A stretch of 64,000 nucleotides of DNA, taken from the NCBI GenBank assembly GCA_035084275.1, contig CM068749.1, forward strand, positions 14,322,001 through 14,386,000, given 5' to 3'. A program made the position numbers and the translations under genes. Below are positions 1 to 12,600 of this stretch, piece by piece (the first letter of the stretch is position 1; each line of letters begins with the position of its first letter). The DNA comes from Hydrolagus colliei. Its lineage: Eukaryota. The notes below the pieces were generated by a model. It did not search any database, had not been told where the DNA came from, and saw only the letters and a list, made by a program, of their open reading frames with translations.

Positions 1-1853
1 TTCTGAACAATTGGTGCCTTTGTATTTATTTAAAGCCTAAATATATATATAGATATTTTAAAGCCCTTTTTGAGGGGAAAACAATTATTTTACAAAATTC
101 TTTCTGTCAGCCCAAATCAGTGGTGTCACTAAGTCATTTAATTGTGTCAAATAAAGTTGCCTTTATCTTGTATCATTTGTTGCTGAGATCACATTTGAAT
201 GTTCTCCATGTGTGTGCTTAAAATGAATTAGAAAAGTGCATATTCTATTGGATACGTAGGAGGATACATAGGTGGACGTGTAAAGTGTACCCTGATCAAC
301 CACAACTTTATTGATTCCATATCTTTGAAGAGACAGGCGAACATGTGGTTATGAAATGGATTTAATGTTAAAAAGAATAATTGTAACCTATATAGAAACA
401 ATCAAGGGATGTTAAAGATGAAGGCTGAAATGCCATTGTAGCCAGCAGTATTGTCATGTGTGGAATGCAATCAGTCAAGAATATTGTGGATTGAATTGTT
501 AGACTGATAACATAACAGTTCCTACATAAATAGTCTTCAGAACCAGGTAGAACATTTTCTGATCGTTTACCTAATCATACATCTCCTTCACAGATTGTAT
601 ATTGGAGAATAGATGACGATACAAATTGTATATCTATTATGTTCACAAACAATGAGTCAAATGCAGTTATACTTGGAATTCTGTCCACACATACATGCAC
701 ACACCAGATGGCAGCACTTAGAGCTAAGGAATTATTTTAAATTGTTTTTCTTTCTTCTCCCTCTCCTCCCACAAAGTTTTATTTTTTGTACTTAGTTTGA
801 AAAAGTTTAATTATGATATTTGCACATAGAATCACACACATATATGCAAATAAACTATCCAGACTCATGCCGCATGCACTTTGTGTTATCAAAATTGATA
901 ACCTGAGTATATGCACTGGTTAACCTTTCTGTAAGGGTATGTAATTCTACAAAAATGTGGTGTAGTTATAAAGCAAATGTTCTGTAATGTCGAGTATTTA
1001 TTGCATCACTGAAACCTATTGAAATGAAGTACTTCACTGACATGTGATATAATACGAACATCATTTGAGCCCAGTTCTGACAACGCATTTCCTTTTGAAA
1101 ATCACTTTGTTTCATTAAACTATTCTATTACAAATTTACATTATTTTTATTCAGCCCTATCAACTTTATCTATTGCAGTTGATTAATAGAAATTACATAA
1201 CCAGAGCAAATTTATATAAATTATAAACTTGGGAGTAACTTAGCAAAGATAACGCTTAATTTTACCAAAGGATCCGTTTCATTAAATACTAATGTCATCA
1301 AACATTTGCTCCGTATACTTTATCAAGAAATCAGCATCAGGAAGCATAACAGAAGTGACAGAGCATTACAGGTCACCCTAGAGGAGTACTATAACAGAAG
1401 AAAAATTGATTTATAAGTTTCACTGGTTGACCATTCAGCTTTACATTTTAGTGATTCAGGTTTACATTTTAGTAACCTGACAGATTCTGAGAGCTTATCA
1501 TAAAAAGCTTAAATAATGGACAAAAGCCTGTTCCATCCATTTGTTTCATATGACAGCCACAAGCTTGTCTGACCATTCAAATGGTGTACGTGAGTTATTG
1601 AGGAAGCCCTTTCCTGAATAAATCAACCGTATAAATCCAGAGGATTGATGTCTCAAAGCATTTTATAATAATTACTGTTAAGTGTAGACAATAATTACTT
1701 TTAAGTGTAGACAGTAAGGTCCCACATCCATAAGATGAATGAATGATTTAATTGGTTCTGAACACTATAACAATTCCCTTCTCTTTTTTGAATATTGTTG
1801 CAGGATCTGTAATGCCCGTTTCAAGCAATAGATTTAATTTTTACAGGTTAGCC

Positions 1854-1984
1854 AAAGGACAACACCTCTGATAATGCAACAGTCCTTTTACACTGCATTG
1901 AAAGTCAGCATGATCTACGTATCTAACTTGATCCCACAACTTTCTGGCCCAAAGATGAGCATGCTACCAACTAAGCCAAGCCAA
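1854..1984 (-). mobile_element. Old Deu-type SINE (SacSINE1-like), 5' half
   Basis: Reverse strand gives a tRNA-like head (CTTGGCTTAGTTGGTAGCATGCTC...) followed by TGTTGCATTATCAGAGGTGTTGTCCTTT, matching the longer copy at 31700-32130. Confidence 0.55.
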
Positions 1985-2018
1985 TCAATTAAATTGTTCA
2001 TTCATCTTATGGATGTTT

Positions 2019-2137
2019 GTGAATTGACTGTATATTTGGGGTGAAATGTGGCAGCCAATCGTGCACAGCAGTGTCCCACAAACAGTCGTGGATTGAAATG
2101 GCCAATTTATTATTGTTTTTGAAGGATTATTATTAGG
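2019..2137 (-). mobile_element. tRNA-derived SINE, central fragment
   Basis: GCAGCCAATCGTGCACAGCAGTGTCCCACAAACAGTCGTGGATTGAAATG block shared with the other copies in the window. Confidence 0.85.
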
Positions 2138-3123
2138 TTACATCAGGTTGGGAGGGGTCGGTATAGGAATATGTCCACCAAAGGACAATCAGTGTATTAC
2201 ATCTAAGTCCAGTAGTCCTAAATACTAATTGCAAGAAAACAGTACAATTTTAGATTGAGGTGGAAATTTTCCCCAGTGTTATGCAACCAGATCAGAATCG
2301 AACAGCTTCTATTTTGTGAGTACCAGTGCAGTAGTTTTGTTTTCTAGTTATAAGTCTTAACAACTCAGCTGAAAAGAGTTACAAACTGTTCTACAATGTC
2401 TACAAATTGTTGGAAATGAAACATAATATTGCTTTCTCTTTCCTTAAACATTTGTGTCTACAACTAACCCTAGCGCAGTACAGAATAAGGATGCTTTACA
2501 CAGGAAACTCAGCAATTTGAGGGATCAATGACCTGCAACAGCCCAGAATATGGCATAACAAAACTGCTTTCTTAATAAATATTAATTGGATGAACTGCAT
2601 GGACTGGAACATAAACTTTGTTGAAATTAAGATTGTGGTGAGATCTACTATGGCAGGAAACACAGCACATTATATGGGAGAATCGATCTTTCTTAATAAA
2701 GCTGTCTTTTGTGATATATTTTATTAACGATATGTTACCACATACTGTCTTATATGTTTATGCATTAAAGAGAGAACTAAACAATGGGGATTATATCAGA
2801 GGTTTAGGTAAATTTATTGAGTATCAGTGTAATAAATTGCTGTATTAATTGTATTGGTCAAAGCAACTTTGAATAAACCCAATTACTGTATTGAAAGTAA
2901 GATTTATAACTTTTCAATTGTTACTAGAGTATTTTACTTCAAAATCGAAACGTTAAATGAATCACTCTGTGTGATGGTAATGCAGTTCATAGTAAAATAA
3001 CTGATCAACTTGTTTATCCTGTCCATTCCATAGGCAACTAATTGCAAAGCTGAATCTGACTGTATGATGGAACAATAATTTTTGTTATCTTTCATGTGCA
3101 TCTGCTTGACCCAGCAACTTGTA

Positions 3124-3456
3124 ATATAATCCTTGCATTTGATATTGCGCTTTTCACATCTTATCGACGTCCCAAAGCGCTTCACAGAATATACTGTAAA
3201 GTGAATTGTCTGTACATTTGTGGACGAATCGCGGCAGCCAATTGCGCACAACAGTGCCCCACAAACAGTCGTGGATTGCAATGACCAATTTTATTATTGT
3301 GTTTTTTTTGGACAGATTATTATTAGGTGTAGCCTGCCTGGTATTATGGTATTCGCCCTGACCTGCCTGGATTCGAACACAGGTGATGTGATGAGACCAG
3401 CTTGGTCTCCACAGCTTGCAAGACAAGTGCTCTAACCAGTAAGCCACAGGAGCTCC
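3124..3456 (-). mobile_element. Full-length tRNA-derived SINE (Deu-type core, L2-type tail) with target-site duplication
   Basis: Pol III B box GTTCGAATCC on minus strand, Deu-like TGTTTGTGGGGCACTGTTGTGCGCAATTGGCTGCCGCG, tail ATCAAATGCAAGGATTAT; flanked by CAACTTGTA at 3115-3123 and 3456-3464. Confidence 0.92.
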
Positions 3457-4494
3457 AACTTGTAGCCAGGTTTCCTGCGGTTAGATAGCTTGGCTTCTCT
3501 TTCACTTCACTCGATTCACCTCAGGATAGTAACTGGATTTTAATGCATGAAGAGATGAAAGAATAAATAATGCAAGAGATCTAGGTAGTGTGTTTCTTTA
3601 AAGATAAGGCCTCTTCAAGTAATTCAGTTAAACTGTGATCTGGTAATAATTTAGTAAGTGTTCTTCAGGTCCCAGCAGGCCGAGAAAACTATATAAAACA
3701 CTGCTGTTTCTAGATTATATAGCTATTAATATAATTCTTGATTAATACAAGAGAGATTTGTGTGTCTATTCCTGGAGGTGTTTGCAATAAAACCTGGTCT
3801 CCGAACCATTACATTAAGACTTAATTGCAGCTGCTAAAAGGTTAATTATGGCAATTTCACATATTCCCCTCAGAAAGAAGGTTTTGCATCAGTGGCCAGC
3901 TTATTTACCCGACAATGAAAATGTGAAACCCTTAATTACACTCCAAAATTGGCAAATTAGCTACATGGCTTTATCACCTCAGAACGCAACAAGTAATGAT
4001 CCAATTTATCATGTTTATAAAAGATAACTCAACAATTCACTATGATTATTTCAGAAGGCCAACAGTCTCTACTCACTACTGTTTTGTGACTACAACCAGA
4101 GTCAGAAGCTGAACACAGTGGGAACACAGCAGCTGACAGCGCAGTGGATGACAGATGGTAATTTAATAGCTTATGCCCTCTTATACCGCTCGAAGCAATG
4201 TGACATTTTTCCAAAGCCCTCTCACAAGAGGCTGAAGAGAGCTCTGCTCATGCACCACTAAAGGCCAAAGTGGGATCGAATGTCAAAGGGGGTAGTAGTG
4301 GAGTCAAAGCTCAAAGTGGATGACAGATGACAGGAGAGCATAGCGGATGACAGTAACAGCAGAGGCTGAAGTGAATACCAACACTTTGGAGGCCAAAGTA
4401 TATGACTGGGATCTGATAATTATAACCAAATAGAAATACACACATACCTAAGGGTCTTGGTTTTGGCAAGGAGTTAGTCACCATTGTAAGTGAA

Positions 4495-4555
4495 TGATTT
4501 CAAGCACGTCCTCCCGACATGAAAGGCGCTATAAAATATAAATTTGTCATTAATA
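4495..4555 (+). mobile_element. L2 LINE 3' terminus
   Basis: GTCCTCCCGACATGAAAGGCGCTATAAAATATAAATTTG, same tail as the copy at 7253-7512. Confidence 0.7.
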
Positions 4556-4875
4556 TTGTCGTGATCAGTGAAGCAAAAATTAAGAGGTTGCTCTACCTCA
4601 ATCTGTTGTGAACAGTACAAAAGTACTTAACAAGTAAATAATTTGCGTTACTTTTTTTTTAATGTGAAAAAGAAGCAATTTAAAAATATCATTGTTAAAG
4701 ACTTGCTGATGTCCATTAACAACATGAGAACAGGGGTGGCCACTCAGCTTGTCAAACCTGTTCCATCATTTTATCAGATAGGAGGATAAGCAATTATCAC
4801 CCATAAGTGAATCTATATTATAACCAAAATCAATATAACAGGGTTGTTCCACTACATATCCTTCCTAATGTTGGG

Positions 4876-4999
4876 GAAGACAAATTTGCAGGGCTATGGG
4901 GAGAGTGCAGGGGAGAAGAATTAATTTGGACAGCTCTTTCAAAGAGCCATCATGGACACAAAGGACTTAATTGCCTCCTTCTGTATAAAATTCTATGAA
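4876..4999 (+). mobile_element. CR1 LINE 3' end
   Basis: GGGCTATGGGGAGAG...GGACAGCTCTTTCAAAGAGCC...CCTCCTTCTGTATAAAATTCTATGA, CR1-type 3' UTR ending in ATTCTATG. Confidence 0.7.
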
Positions 5000-5272
5000 G
5001 TACCTAGTACTTCAAATGAAGTATTAACCCTGATTCTTTACAACTGCAGCAACAGTCAATATATAATGTGAGTTGTGCAATCCATGTGTAAATGTTGACA
5101 CAGATATAAATTAAGGGGATCTGAAATTCCCTTTGTACATGTACATTTACACATCTTGTACATTTGGTACATGGTGTACACAACTTGAACAATAGACCAA
5201 ACTAGTGTATTGTGGTTTAAGATATACTCGATATAAACAGAGTAATTGATGGGTTGATCTAATACATGATTA

Positions 5273-5335
5273 ACAACAAAACAAAATTACATTTATAGAG
5301 CGCCTTTCTTATCGGAAGGACATCCCAAGGCGTTG
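5273..5335 (-). mobile_element. L2 LINE 3' terminus
   Basis: ACAACAAAACAAAATTACATTTATAGAGCGCCTTTC...GGACATCCCAAGGCG, reverse complement of the L2 tail. Confidence 0.7.
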
Positions 5336-6064
5336 AAACACTATTAACACCATAAATGAGCCACGGATTATAAACCCCCAATTTCTTAACTTGCATCATG
5401 CTTATGCCATGCATTTGCAAAGCAAATGGAATTAAAATGATAGGAGGGGTACATTTTTCAAACAGTGACTAAATAGATGTGCGGAATGTAGAGTGGGTGA
5501 AGTAAAATAACTCTGAACCTTTTTTTCCCCCCTCCTCACAAAGTAGGCAAAACTATTATTTTTAGATTTGGAAGACTGACACAACCAGGAGATTTAATGA
5601 ACTTCTTCATCATCGCTCAGATTTATTATAATATCACAAACCTCATTCTGTCCTAAAGCAAAATGATCAATGAATGGCCTTTTATGGAAAAGACGGACAT
5701 TATAAAACACCTACACATAATATGAATAAAAATGCCGACCTAATTATTTTTAGATTAACGTAAATATTGCATCTCATTTGTTTCACATGAATAAATCTTG
5801 AATTGATTTGACTTAAAGTACTGAACATGCACCGCTGTTCCGGATTGCTATTATTTTCTGTATGAAGCATGTGCTTTCAATGATTCCCCCCCGCCCCTCC
5901 CTTATCTACTAAAGAACCTCTAAGAACCTTAGTGTGAACCCATAAAAGTGTAAAATAGAAATCGGCCGACAACAATTTTGAGAAATATTGGGATCACATT
6001 ATACAGTCTGTGTGATAATTCCCACACAGAAGGGGAAGTTGCAGATACTGAGTTGAGAGACTAT

Positions 6065-6347
6065 GGGGTTGAATTTCCGGCTGTGAATTGGCAATTAGCA
6101 GGATAGTGTCTTACTTTTTACTGTTTAGCATAAAACGTGGAATACGAAAAGCCAGTATAGCCGTTCTTAATGAGCAGTCAACCAGAAATGCAATCAGGCT
6201 GGCTTGGTTTCTCCAATTTCACCATGGAGAGCAATTGCGGGGGGAAAGAGAATGACGCTGGTCCATTCAATCTGACAGATATAACGTGAACTGTAGTTTT
6301 GTTCTCAATACGAAGCACACATTTTCCTAATAGGAAAAATACAACCC
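6065..6347. mobile_element. Putative non-autonomous DNA transposon (MITE-like)
   Basis: Imperfect terminal inverted repeats GGGTTGAATTTCC and GGAAAAATACAACCC; interior has more CpG than the flanks; no long ORF. Confidence 0.4.
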
Positions 6348-6513
6348 TGAACGTTAATATAGCTTACAGAAAACATTTGGTGTTTTATTTTATTAGACAT
6401 AACATTACATTTGTGTTCTTTTCAAGTTCAATTATACATTAACCATCAGCTACTTATTTTGCACCAATAGCTATTGGGTACTTTACAGGTCAACTCTAAC
6501 TGGCTACAAAGTA

Positions 6514-6839
6514 CAATAATAATAATAATAATAGTAATCCTTGCATTTGATATAGAACTTTTCACATTTTATCGACGTCTCAAAGCGCTTCACAGAATAT
6601 ACTGTAAAGTGAACTGACTGTATATTTGTGGGCAAAATGCAGCAGCCGATTGCGCATAGCAGTGTCCCACAAATAGTCGTGGATTGAAATGACCAATATT
6701 TTATTGCTGTTTTTTTTTGGGAGGGATTATTATTAGGTGTGTGGAGTAAGGAAACTTGCCCAAGGTTTCACCCTGATCTGCCTGGGTTTGAACATAGGTC
6801 TCAGACTTGTAAGGCGAGTGGTCTAACCACTGAGCTACA
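6514..6839 (-). mobile_element. Near full-length tRNA-derived SINE
   Basis: (AAT)n tail, Deu-like block, GTAAGGAAACTTGCCCAAGGTTTC, head TAACCACTGAGCTACA. Confidence 0.92.
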
Positions 6840-7252
6840 CTGTATATGCAGAGACAAGTGTCAGTCATAGACATCTGCTATGTATCTTCAATACAACCTC
6901 TGGCAATTTGAGTAAATTGGATATGGAGCTGATGTCTACAACCCCTTTAATAGTATATTTTGTGAGGAGCATTCAAAGCTGCTTCCAGAGCTCTTCTCAA
7001 AATTCACAAAATATTTACTTCTGTTATTCAGTAAACTAAAATGTGTTAACATTACAGCTATAGAAAGAAACATATTTCAGAGCCCGCTGCACCTGGTATG
7101 TTAGAGGCAACATATTCAGTTCTAATGACTCTCCTACTCTAGAGTCCTCGCATTTCTTATGTTTTACACAGGTTTCCTTCATTGAGAGATTAAAGTAGGT
7201 GGGTATGACAGTGGGGAGGGCATATTGACCAAACACTGATACCGACTGATTC

Positions 7253-7512
7253 AGCCTCCCTGCCCCCACGCTATGGAACTCCATCCCGCAACCCCTCCGC
7301 CTTGCTTCCTCCCTTTCCTCTTTCAAGGCTGGTCTCTTCCTCTTCGACCGCGCCTTCGGCTCCCCCCCTAACTCTTCCCCTCTCCCACTCTCCTTCCCCT
7401 TCCACCTATCCTGACTCTCCCACCCTGCTCGGGTCCCAACCTGACTGTTCAGTGCTTTGGGATGTCCTCCCGACATGAAAGGCGCTATACAAGTGCAATT
7501 TGTTGTTGTTGT
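7253..7512 (+). mobile_element. L2 LINE 3' fragment, relatively young
   Basis: Pyrimidine-rich end of ORF2 (APTLWNSIP..LR....LSSFK.GL) and tail GCTTTGGGATGTCCTCCCGACATGAAAGGCGCTATACAAGTGCAAT(TGT)n; the 146-aa minus ORF is its antisense. Confidence 0.85.
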
Positions 7513-9834
7513 TGATTGGGCTGAATGGCCTGTTTCTGTCCTGCAGCAATCTATATCTTTGTTTACATTTGACTTTTACAGGATTTTTTACAGGATTACA
7601 GGATTTTAATTCATCATAGTGCCCTTGAGTCCTCATAATCACAACTAATGAACTAAAAGGAACATGTCTTCACAGAGACTGTGAGTCCCTGGAAGCAGCG
7701 TGGATGTTTTTTTACCTGGGATCATGGAGAAGTCAAGCCACCAACCTCTCCCCAGACACTGACAGTGCTGTTCCGTTAGTGTCTGATTGGAGACATGATT
7801 AAAAGGGATGAGTTATATCTTGTCAGTGTGTCGAGTCTTTGAAATGAATGGAGCACACCATCGAGTTTCGTTATGAGCTGACTAAAGGTCACACAATTCA
7901 GACAGGCAGATATGAGTGACAGCAAGCACTTTGATTCAGATCCATAATGTTGGAATTATTCAGTGAGTTGAGCACTGGAATTGGGACTGGAATATTGTAC
8001 ATTCAAATCTTTGTGGGGCACTCAGTTCTTTGAATGCCCTTTGAGACTAATTCCTATGAGGTAGGTGGGATCTCTCTGGGGCTGCAGTAGTTGGACAGCA
8101 AGATCCTAGGAGAGGGAATGCCACTGCATCCCAGTTCTGTCATCAACTCAACATACAGACGGTTTGTAAATAGTGGGACAGAAGCATGTAAGCAGCAATT
8201 CTGATGATGAGGGCCACAAGTGAACAACAACTTGCATTCATATAGAACCCGTAAGGTAGGATGGTAATGTCTTGGAGTGTGAAGGTGAGACAATCTGCTA
8301 TTCTCCAGGGAACTATTGACAGTGTGAACTTTAATCCTGAGAGCATACTGAAAATCACATCTGACAGAAACTGAAAGTGATCCAAGCACTGTATTCTGAG
8401 CACAAAGTGGTGGTTCCCTTATCTCCAAAGAAGCAGGATTGAAAAAAAAACCTGTTTTGATGGTGTATTGAAAAAACAGTAAAATTTATTTTCAAGAATA
8501 TTATTCCTGCTTCGTCTCCTCTCTTCTCAAATGTTTATTCTGCTCTCTGGTATACCAACATCTTATTCTTCAAATAAATATTGGAAGCACAGCCTACTTT
8601 CAAGTGACTTATAGGTTTATCCCATGATTCTTTCTCTCAAACTGAAAAATAACACTTCAATAGTTTGGTTTAATTTTTACAAATATAAAGCTTCCTTTTG
8701 GGTGCATAAAAATACATGAAAAAATACACAAGACAAACATGAGAGATTTCTCCCTTCCTTGTAAATGTCATTAGAGTTTGAGAAGCTCTTGAATCAGTAA
8801 GCAGGTACAGTACTCCACAACACGAAAAACTGGCAAAGAGGATAACAGGCAACATGCTTCAAGTTTCAACCTCTTGGCCAGTATAATAATGTCACCTAGC
8901 TCAACCCGATAAAAACATGCAAATGATTAGACTAAACAAAGTTTTATAAACCACCTTATGGTATTAACATTCATTTAGTTCCTTTCTGAAGTCTTTTAAG
9001 CACCCTGCACATCTCCCTGTAGGAAGGGCACCAAGTAAAAGACTTCAGAATGCAAAGCATTTAATGGGTAAGTAGTATGATACCTTTAAAAGGCAGAATG
9101 TGCTGATTATTGTAGGAGTTCTGAACAAGGATGAAAAATAATTAGATTATTGATGAAGAGATGTTCTGACTTCCCTGAGCAGAACTTGTAAAGCCACTTG
9201 GTGGTAAAGAAAGAGTGTTGATCTTATACTTCAGTGAACTTGTCGCCAAGTAGATTTAGGTGGAATTTGAATATAACGACTTGCAATGGAACAAATAATA
9301 AACAATCCAGGCAGACTAATTTTTCTGTGATCACACAAAATAAAAGAATATCTAACGTATAATAAGAGAATACATAGATCACTGATTTAATGGGGATTGA
9401 AGGGTGATTGATCCTGAGGTAGAATAGAGATAAACTGGAATAGGCCTGGGAGCTAAACATTAGGCAAAGTTGTACAGTTCAATGACATATTCTAGTGTCT
9501 TGCCTCGTGAGTGCTTCTAGTATTTTGACAGCCAAACATTAGCAAAGTTGTAAATTGTCCAAATGTATCTACCAGTTGAAAACTCAAATAACCGATTTGC
9601 ATCAGTGAAACAACTGTGGCAGAATCTGCTGATCATGGTAAGAAATCTGAATAACTCAATATAATTTGACATAGGGCCTCATCACAGCATTGAGCTATCG
9701 CACAGCGCTTCACAGGATACCATGGAGAAAGAGGTACATTCAATATTACTATCTTCTACATTGACTCTATATGTATATACTGTATATATATTTGGTGAGG
9801 GCAAATTTTTTAAAAAAAATTGGGGGAGATTATT

Positions 9835-9992
9835 ATCCCCAGAAAGTGTTCCACCAATCATCTAAGAACCAGGCTCCTACTTATTGCCAGGTAAAGAGAG
9901 ACATGCAAAGTAAGGAAACTTGCCCAACCTTTCGCCCTGCCTGGGGTGGAACCTGGGTCTCCTGCTTGCAAGGCAAGTTCTCTAACCACTGA
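9835..9992 (-). mobile_element. tRNA-derived SINE 5' half, long-core variant
   Basis: Head plus an extra core segment (minus strand TTTACCTGGCAATAAGTAGGAGCC) also present at 47185-47250. Confidence 0.8.
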
Positions 9993-10265
9993 TCTCAGTA
10001 GTTGAAGCATTCGCCTTGCAGACAGGGGATCTGGGTTCAATTCCATGCAGGGTGAAACCTTGAGCAAGTTTACATACTCTCTCAAAAAAAATTGGTCATT
10101 ACAATTCAAGACAGTTTGTGGGACACTGCTGTGCGCAATTGGGTGTCGCCTTTTGCCCACAAAATGCAGTCAATTCATGTTACATTATATTCTGTGATGC
10201 GCTTTGAGATGCCTAGAAGACATGAAAAGCACTTGTATGAAATGCAATGATTAGTATTATTATTA
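9993..10265 (+). mobile_element. tRNA-derived SINE, head-to-head with the preceding copy
   Basis: CTCAGTAGTTGAAGCATTCGCC, GGGTTCAATTCC, Deu-like block, (ATT)n tail. Confidence 0.88.
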
Positions 10266-10544
10266 TCTGATATTCAAAATATGAATACCAAAGTAAAACA
10301 TCACAGAAGAAAACTGTTGGAAATCTGCTTCCAAAATTAGAACAATATTAAAGCTGCTTTAACAAATGCAAGGATTATTAGGATTATTAAAAGAAAAACA
10401 CTAAAATAATGTATAAAATTTTAGAACAGCAAAGATGATTAAGGAAAATTAATAACTGTACCTGTTTACAAAGTGAACAACAATATATCTATGATTTGGT
10501 GCATATAGTTTACATAACAAAACGACCATCCTGATTAGCATAGA

Positions 10545-10670
10545 ACAAATGTGCACACAATCTAAATGGGAAGAACATTCTATCAGCAGATGTAATTGAA
10601 GAGACAGATGAAGGTGCAAATTTGCCCATTTCTTCAAATATTTGGCAATATCCAGCAGTCAACAAGTAGT
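10545..10670 (+). mobile_element. Highly decayed CR1 ORF2 fragment
   Basis: Translates LNGKNILSADVIEETDEGANLPISSNIWQYPAVNK, resembling CR1 Y.LNG..L....EERDLGV....L....Q...AVKK. Confidence 0.45.
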
Positions 10671-12600
10671 GAGTGACTCATGGCGGAGATGATCTTCGCA
10701 GCACTAATAATAATCAGTGAAATAAGCGGCAGTGAGTGCTGTAGGAGTCACTCTGTACCAGTTTGGAAAAGTATATGTGTGCGGGTGACAAGAGTATAAA
10801 TTATCACTAGATTTATTCGCCAACATGCTGGAAGCAGTTATGGCACATCTCCCACTGAATCTAAGAACAAACATAAATGACAGGCTCCTAAACGGCTGTG
10901 ATTCACTGACGACACTTATTTGATATCTGAGCCTGAAACTGACATAAAACAACCTGATGATTCAATGATTCAGACCGCCAGAGCACATGCAAATGACCTG
11001 AGCAAAGATGAAATGATGCGTGGGTTCAACAAATGGCAGTTACACAATATCACATATCAGTTTAAATAGCTGTTAATGAATAAGCATAAACAAGTGCATG
11101 GCTTAATATAACTTGATTGTCCAGTTATAGAAAAGAGAAAGCATGCCAGAAATATCATGGAAAGAATCAGAATAATAGTGACAATATTTATGTGTATCAA
11201 ACACTTTCAGATGATATTTCTCTTAATAGTATTCATCAGACACTTGCCTCCAAAATACACAGTCACTACATGTCAGAGTGAATCCTGTGAAGCTCTTTGA
11301 AAAGTCCCACTGATATAAAATGATACAAATGCAAGGATTATTATGATTTCTGTGAATTTTGTATTCTTGATCACATGTAAAAGTGGTGGTGGATTTGGAA
11401 TGTTCAAACAAAGAATTACGATGAACGAGAACATAATCTTCAGAGAGAAAGTGCTTGAAAGCTCATTGAGTACTGATGTGCTGATACCCATTCTAAGGTA
11501 ACTAACTGAAGATAGACCAGTGTTCGAAAGCTAGAAAAGTTTATTGCATGCAAACAATCTATTTGTGAAAACAGTTCAGAAGCATTTAGTCCCAAATAGT
11601 TTGAATGACCATGGCATGAGCTGCTATGTTCAATAAAAATATTGGCTTGGTTTTGTTTTCTGAATTCTTAGTAAGGGTTTTCATTATAACAGCATTTAAT
11701 TATCTTCTCACATGGGATGGCAAGGTTGTAAAACTAATATTCTTATGACCTTGTTTCTGATTTTACTTAATAAATTCAGATAAAATAAGGGGTACAAACA
11801 TCATAAAGCATAAAGCTGTATTATGATTTATTCTGTGCTTATAAATTCACATGAGGGTTATATTATTTAGCTTTGAAGAGAGGGTAGTCAAAATAAATTA
11901 GTTCCCTATGGAAAAAAAAGACGAAAGGAGAATGTGATTTGTAATAATAAAGTCATAAAATGAAATAGCAAGGTATATCTAGGGAAATACAAGATATAGA
12001 AATGTAAGGCATCCAGTGGAATATGTTTGTAATTAAAAGGAAACTACAATGTGCCTATAACGTTTGAATCAACTACATCACACCTGCTAAATAAGAAAGT
12101 ACAAAGACAAAATAAGATTTTCTAAAGGGACAAGAGTTCCATTTTGTTTTGTTTCAATTGTAATGTAATAAAGGAGAATTTGGTTTTAGAATGACATTTC
12201 TTTTCTAATGGCAACTTTGAAGATGCAATTGCATCCATTTCCTAAACTCAACAGTGGAGTGTTACAAATATAAAACAACATTCTGAGTCAGAATATAATA
12301 TCAGGATGCATATTATATTATAAACTTATAAAATGTGGTGTGAAACTTCTGAGTAAACTCTACCAAGGAAAAGCTCCTTTTTTGTTACACTTCTGATCTT
12401 TGAGCCAATTTCTGTTATTAAAGTTGTTCCAAATAAAAGATTGCAAGACTTCAGGACCACAAATCTTCACAGATTCTTTAGTGAAGACAAGCCTGTAAAA
12501 TGACTGTTTAAGTATTCTTATTTATACTTTGCACCAGAAATTCCTTTGATCGAGTTGGAAAGGGAAAACATGAACATGAGGGTGAAGATGAAACATGTAT

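Noticed and set aside
7036-7476. 146-aa Arg/Gly/Glu-rich ORF
   Set aside because: Antisense reading of a pyrimidine-rich L2 3' end
10954-11001. TGATGA...CTGA resembling C/D box snoRNA boxes
   Set aside because: Too short, no terminal stem and no recognisable rRNA guide
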